A stretch of 64,000 nt of DNA from Octopus vulgaris. Taxonomy: Eukaryota. Below are positions 55,971 through 64,000 of the stretch, one piece after another. The translations under genes and the position numbers were made by a program. How positions within the stretch are numbered: the first letter of the stretch is position 1; each line of letters opens with the position of its first letter. The notes beneath the pieces are model-generated. The model was not told the DNA's origin and made no database searches. It worked only from the letters and a program-made list of their open reading frames with translations. The stretch is taken from assembly GCA_951406725.2 (NCBI GenBank), contig OX597840.1:33728001-33792000 (forward strand), in the 5' to 3' direction.

Positions 55971-56006
55971 CTTTCTGTTGAAGAGCGTAGGCTCGAAACG
56001 TAAAAG
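55971..56006 (+). ncRNA. Variant minimal hammerhead motif
   Basis: CTTT-CTGTTGA-A-GAGC GTAG GCTC-GAAA-CG-TA|AAAG; core A6>U. Confidence 0.5.
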
Positions 56007-56527
56007 CCTTAGGGTTAAACTATTACACCTGCTTGATGTTCATACACCTGTCTTCGTCTTTTGCTTTTTTGTAAGTTTCAGCTATATTTATGTACTGTAA
56101 AACCGCTTAGTTTCGAGACGTAAACGGCTATATTTGCAGTGCTGTATAGTTCTATATGAGTTATCTCCCATGTGGCTGGTAAGCAAGCTACTTACCACAC
56201 AGCCACTCCCTCATTTGTATACAAATATACAAAAGTCTTAATAAATAATAATAAAAACCCAGTACACAATACAAAAATCATTCACGTGCACATTATACAA
56301 CACTACACGGAAGATCATTGCGCCGTATTCCTTTGTCAGGTCTTACCTTGGGCTAAACGGCAATAGCAACCATAAAAAAAACATCAAAGCGTTTTGTTGA
56401 ATAATTCTTTGATCCCAAATATTGGTCAATAGACTTTCCACATGAGAATATAAGATGGAGAACCTATTAACGATAAGATTTCGTTCTCACTCGCCGTCAT
56501 CGTGTGGGGGTTATAATGTGTGTGTGT

Positions 56528-56578
<51 letters not shown>

Positions 56579-56683
56579 CGTGTGTGAATAGGTGTGTGTG
56601 TCTATGCGTATATATCAAAGTATATATACCCGTTGATACATAAAGAGAGATGCGTAAATGTATGTGTATGTAGATGTGTGCGC

Positions 56684-56718
<35 letters not shown>

Positions 56719-57027
56719 CGTGTGTGTGTGTGTGTGTATATAGAATATAAATTAGAGATAAAACCACTATTATGCAACCCAAACAGTGATAGACACAAAC
56801 CAAAACAGAAATAACAAATATATTTTGTTTTGGTTTATGTCTATCACTGTTTGGGTTGCAACCGATGCTGGTGTGTTTAGGTCCCTGTAACTTAGCGATT
56901 CGGCAAAAGAGACCCATAGAATAAATATTGGGCTTACAAAGAATAAGTCCTGGGATCGATGTGCTCGACTAAAGGCGGTGCTCCAGCATGGCCGCAGTCA
57001 AATGGCCGGAATAAGTAAAAGTACGAA

Positions 57028-57101
<74 letters not shown>

Positions 57102-57108
57102 GTATATG

Positions 57109-57267
<159 letters not shown>

Positions 57268-57294
57268 ATGTATATATGTATATATATATGTATA

Positions 57295-57336
<42 letters not shown>

Positions 57337-57712
57337 TATGTATATATATATAAATCCGTCAGTCGGTCTGTCTTTCTGTCTGTTTTACAAAGATTGGAAA
57401 AGAATTTACAGTATAAGTTCTTTTGCCAAAATCTGTTGGTACCAGAGTGCTCAGAGCTTGTAGTGGCGGGGTATTGTTGTGGTTGCTGCGGCGCTAGCAG
57501 CGGCGATGGCGTCGTTGTCGGGTGGTGGTGGTGGTGGTGGTGGTGGTGAAAAAAAAGATAAGAGAGAAAGAGAAGAATGGTAATTGAGGATTCCACACAA
57601 TGGTTCTGATAATGAGTTGAAGAATACATTCAGGCTTTTGTTTCAGACAAAGAATTTGGCATTTTGATTTGGCTATCAGACCTTTTATTTAACGTATTTC
57701 TGTGTGCGCGCT

Positions 57713-57792
<80 letters not shown>

Positions 57793-57887
57793 AGAGAGAG
57801 AGAGAGAGAGCGTGTGTGTGAGCGTTGTGTGAGCGTGTATGTGTGTTTGAACGTACCTATGTGACTACTTGTGTGTGTATGTGTGTG

Positions 57888-57934
<47 letters not shown>

Positions 57935-58072
57935 ATACATATATATATATATATACATATATATATGGTGGTGCCCCAGCATGGCCACAGCTCGTGAGCT
58001 GAAACTAGATAAAATTAAAAAAATAAAAAATATATGTGTTTGTACACACACACATACATACATATATCTTTA

Positions 58073-58164
<92 letters not shown>

Positions 58165-58332
58165 CACACATACATATTTGAAAACCCCACTAGAATGGGA
58201 GAAAGCGCTAATGATCTAAGTGATATGATATATATATATAAAATTTAATATATAAATAAATATCTGTAAATATAAACCATCCGATCTTCTGATTACCTCA
58301 TTTCTTCTAATATATATATATATACACATATG

Positions 58333-58395
<63 letters not shown>

Positions 58396-58452
58396 GTATA
58401 TATGTGTATATATATATATAGATACATATGTATGTATGTGTGCACATATATA

Positions 58453-58504
<52 letters not shown>

Positions 58505-59047
58505 CAAACTTACTTAGAAATGGATGCGTGCGTTCCGTCATATAATAAATTAATAAATAAAATAAAATATATGTATATATACATACATATATGTACGTAC
58601 CTACCTCTACATGTATATATATATATACATGCATATATGGGTACAGGACACCAAAAAAACGTCGAACACAATGAGAAACGAAAACATAAACACAAAACCA
58701 AGGAAATGGACATTTTTCTTAAACAACGGAAAAATAGAGTACAGGACATACAGCACAAGGAAAATTCCCCTTCTTCAGTCGCCTCTGTTTCATCTACTCC
58801 GCGTTTCGAAGGTCAAGGCGAGACACGACTTCAATGAAACTTTCCTTTCCGCAAAAAGCAAATTAAATAAAATTTGAGATTTTTTTGCGGAGGGGCAAAA
58901 ATGGTACAAAAACAGGACAGTAACGACAGTACAAGATATAAACAGTAAAAGACAGGACAAGGAGAATAACAGTAACACAAACAAGAAGGGCTGTTAAGCC
59001 AGAACGCTTTTGAGGACGGCAAGAGAGAGACAGGAAAGCCATCCACA

Positions 59048-59101
<54 letters not shown>

Positions 59102-59541
59102 CAGAAGGCGACCGATTGGCTCAATCGCTAGAGTGTTTAGGTAGATTGCTTAACGTTAATCGTTCAGGAGTTTTGAGTTCAAATCCCGCTGATGTCAGCT
59201 TTGTTATTACCCCATGTTGGTGTCGAGAAACAAGGTATCAGTTCCATGCTGGGGTTTAATATTTTCACTTTTCTCTCTCTCTTTCTCCATTTCTCTGTCT
59301 CTCCCCTTCCTTCTTTCCCTCTCTCTAGCCCCTTCTCTCTCACCCCGTCTTTCTCTCTCTTTCTCCACTTCCCCCTCTCTATCTCACTTCATCTCTCTTC
59401 TCTTGTCTCTCCACTATCTCTCTCTCTTTCTCTCACTCCCATTCCCTATCTTCTCTTAGATCTCCCTTCTTTATGCACCTGCATGTACGTATACAAATCG
59501 TGTGTATGTGCGCACGTGCATGTGTGTGTGAGAGAGAGAGA

Positions 59542-59572
<31 letters not shown>

Positions 59573-59753
59573 TGTGTGTGTGTGAGAGAGAGTGAGAGAG
59601 AGCGTGTGTGTGAGAGAGAGAGAGCGTGTGTGTGTGAGAGACACAGAGAGAGCATGTGTGTGAGCGTTGTGTGAGCGTGTATGTGTGTGAGCGTGTATGA
59701 GTGTGTGTGTGTATGTACCTGTGTATGTGTGTATCTATCTATCTATCTATCTA

Positions 59754-59804
<51 letters not shown>

Positions 59805-60095
59805 TGTGTGTGTGCGGTGTGAGCATGCGTGTGCACGAGAGTGCAGACGGCAGTTACTTGAATCACCCGACGAGGCAGATGCTCCAAAAGACATACCCTT
59901 CCCACCCGCTCCACCGCGAACCTGTACTTACCACCCGCCATCACCTGAGTCCATCTATTGTTGTTCACCAACCATCTACCCGTGAATATTTTTCACATAC
60001 CGTTGACTAAGCCGGCAAAAAGAAACGAACAAAATCACAACAACAACAAGAACGACAACGATAATAATATAATAATAATAATAATAATAATAATG

Positions 60096-60166
<71 letters not shown>

Positions 60167-60856
60167 GCAAAAAGAGTAACGAGTTAGGTAGGCCGATATG
60201 TAGGTATTTTTTGCTATTTTTAAACATGTTAAGTCAGTACGTATGTGCGTGTGTATATATATATGCATGAAAATAAGTTTGTATTTATGAGAGTTTGTGC
60301 GTGTGTGTGTCTGTTATGCAGCACACAAACACATACACACACTCACATAGATAGATAGATAGATAGACAGGCAGGCAGGCAGGTAGACAGGCAGACAGAC
60401 AGGTAGAGAGGTAGGTAGGTAGGTAGGTAGGTATGTAGGTAGGAAAACAGAGAAAGAGCTAGCTAGATGGATGGATGGATGGATAGATAGATAGATAGAT
60501 AGATAGATATGTATGTATGTATGTATGCATGTATGTATGTATGTATGTATGTATGTATGTATGTATGTGTGAATGCATGTGTGTGTGTATGTATATATAT
60601 ATATATATACCGGAGTAAACACATAAATGCGAGACAAGGTGGAAAAAAGAGTACTCAAATACCAGAGGTAGAGTAATATGCTTTATTTAAAGGCATCAGA
60701 AATATAACATCAGCTGTTGCGATGTACTTACTGGTTTTCCTTTGGAATAGAAAAGAAGTCTATCTTTATTTCTTCTTTTGCTGGTGTCTCAAAGAGAAAA
60801 TTTGGTTTAAATGTTTGACAACTCAGCACCGTCCATTGGACGGGGGAGTTTTGCTC

Positions 60857-60959
<103 letters not shown>

Positions 60960-61123
60960 GTGGTCGTATACTGTCAACTCAAGGTGACAGTCTCGTAAGG
61001 AAATTACACCACCGCCATTTAGCCCTAGGAAACATCGACGTCTCCTGTCGGCTTTGACACATTTTCTGTGTCCTTAAATTTGCAAAGGGGAGGCAATCAC
61101 CCCCCGCAAGCCGGGACAAGGCA

Positions 61124-61169
61124 CCTGAAGACATATGTTTCTGAGTGTATTGCTCGTCGTCAGTTCGGG
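61124..61169 (-). ncRNA. Minimal type I hammerhead ribozyme motif
   Basis: Minus strand: CCCGAA-CTGACGA-CGAG CAATACA CTCA-GAAA-CATATG-TC|TTCAGG; palindromic stem III. Confidence 0.65.
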
Positions 61170-61289
61170 GTAGCTTGTCTCGCTCGCTGAGATGACTGCA
61201 ACCTCTTCGCAAATCTATCCTATTTCCAGTAAAACTTATTTACTGATATACACACACACACACATATATATACATACATACACACATAC

Positions 61290-61669
<380 letters not shown>

Positions 61670-62142
61670 GTACAAACACATAGATATATAACAAACAATG
61701 TAATTACGTAATGACAAACGTCAGCATCCCTGATGCTGATAAATAACCCCCGCCGCATCACTGCCCCCCTCCACCTCAGTGATGACAATTACGTCACCGT
61801 AAGTGCAATGTCAGTTTAGTAAAGTGCTAAAGGAATCTGTAGAACCCATCGCGTATCGAGCCTTTAAGCCCCCACGGTATTACTGGTAATTTAATAACTA
61901 CTACTCTCTTACTCTTTTACTTGTTTCAGTCATGTGACTGTGGCCATGCTGGAGCACCGCCTTTAGTCGAGCGAATCGACCCCCAGGACTTATTCTTTGT
62001 TAGTCTAGTACTTATTCTATCGGTCTGTTGTGCCGAACCACTATGTGACGGGGACGTAAACACACCAGCATCGGTTGTCAAGCGATGTTGTCAAGAGACA
62101 AACACAGACATACAAACATATACATACACACATAATACATAC

Positions 62143-62232
<90 letters not shown>

Positions 62233-62574
62233 ATATATATATATATTTAGTGTAGGAAGATTTAGGAAGTGTAGGAAGTTCCTGGATTTTCCTGAAGAGA
62301 AGGTTGCAAAATGGTCTCCTTATTCAATCCGAATTAGGGACTTTGCAGCCTTTGAAACATATGTAGAAAATAATAAAAAGGAATTTTGTTAAATCTTCGT
62401 TCAGCTCCATTTCTTCCTACACTAAATATATAAACTTCAAATTTCCGCATTAAAGCACGGGTTTGAGTCCCCATGGTCGTAACCTCAACCGTGATTTTTC
62501 TGTTGTGATTTTTGCTACCCAGGTATCGGTTATCTTTTGAATAATCCGTAACAAGATAATTCATTTATCCATTC

Positions 62575-62628
<54 letters not shown>

Positions 62629-62839
62629 TATATACGAATGGGCTTCTTTCAGTTTCCGTCTACCAAATCCACTCACAAGGCTTTGGTCGGCCCAAGGCTA
62701 TAGTAGAAGACACTTGCCCAAGGTGCCACGCAGTGGGAATGAACATGGAACCATGTGGTTGGTAAGCAAGCTACTTACCACACAGCCACTCCTACGCCGA
62801 TATAATAATGATGATGATGATGATGATAATAATAATCAA

Positions 62840-62892
<53 letters not shown>

Positions 62893-63164
62893 TGATGATG
62901 ATGATGATGACGATGACGATGACTGTTGCTAGTCGCTAAGAGTTCTTTTCATATATTTATTATTTCTTTACTACCCACAAGGGGCTACACACAGAGGGGA
63001 CAAACAAGGACAGACAAAGGGATTACATTGATTATATGGACCCAGTGCGTAACTGGTACTTATTTAATCCAACCCGAAAGGATGAAAGGCAAAGTTGACC
63101 TCGGCTGAATTTGAACACAGAACGTGAAGTCGGACGAAATGCCGCTAAGCATTTCGCCCGGCGT

Positions 63165-63167
63165 AAC

Positions 63168-63239
<72 letters not shown>

Positions 63240-63252
63240 AAGAAGAAGAAGA

Positions 63253-63318
<66 letters not shown>

Positions 63319-63354
63319 TTGATGATGATGATTGTGACGACGATGACGATGATG

Positions 63355-63404
<50 letters not shown>

Positions 63405-63599
63405 GACGATGATGATGATGATGATGATGATGATGGTGACGATAATGATGATGATGATGATGATGGTGACGATGATGATGATGATGATGATGATTTAATC
63501 GACCCCGAAAGGACGAAAGGCAAAGTCGACCTCGTTGGAATTTGAACACAGAACGTGAAGAAGTCGGACGAAGTGCCGCTAAGCTATTTCGTCCGGCGA

Positions 63600-63667
<68 letters not shown>

Positions 63668-63700
63668 TGATGATGATGATGAGGATGATGATGATGATAG
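63165..63700. repeat. Compound trinucleotide microsatellite (AAT/AAG/GAT) inside SINE family C fragments
   Basis: Direct inspection. Confidence 0.95.
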
Positions 63701-64000
63701 TAATAGTTGTTGCTGGTCGCTTAGAGTTCTTTTCTTATATTTATGTAACATTGATGGTAATGAATGGTGAATAGTTATAATGAGATTAAGGTAATAATAA
63801 TTGATTAATACAAGACATAATGATACTGATGATGATGATGATGGTAATAACAATGGTAATAATAATAGCAGTAATATTATTAATAAGGATAATCGCGAAG
63901 AATAAACGGAGAGAAAAACTTACTGTTACCAAATTGGTAGGAAGACTTCAGTGAACAGCGGGGAGAAGAGAAAGTAAAAATAGACTTGGAGCTACGTAAT

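Noticed and set aside
58765-58815. Permuted hammerhead-like string CCTTCGAAAC...CTGAAGAAGG (also at about 46160-46210)
   Set aside because: Stem II register and stems I/III cannot be formed convincingly by eye
63032-63853. Poly-N/K/D/H/M ORFs
   Set aside because: Compound trinucleotide microsatellite inside SINE fragments

Overview
Eukaryotic, AT-rich genomic DNA packed with microsatellites and SINEs. The repeat families suggest an octopus or other cephalopod (inference). There are two protein-coding genes, both on the minus strand. (1) PITRM1 (mitochondrial presequence protease, M16C): I assembled 26 GT-AG coding exons by hand from 35577 down to 1297, all phase-consistent; the last exon lies left of the window. 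(2) An AQP11/12-type unorthodox 'super' aquaporin (exons 46882-47527 and 45151-45329) with NPI/NPA boxes. About 6 kb upstream of it is a 227-codon exon of acidic octapeptide repeats that can splice in frame onto the aquaporin. Non-coding DNA holds several SINE families, R4/Dong-like and RNase H-bearing LINE fragments, a decayed mariner, Tc2-like MITEs (one with a 7x173-bp internal array), a non-autonomous Helitron and a Penelope-like fragment. It also holds about nine minimal type-I hammerhead ribozyme motifs, ranging from intact to degenerate. Most ORFs in the supplied track are microsatellite or SINE artefacts.
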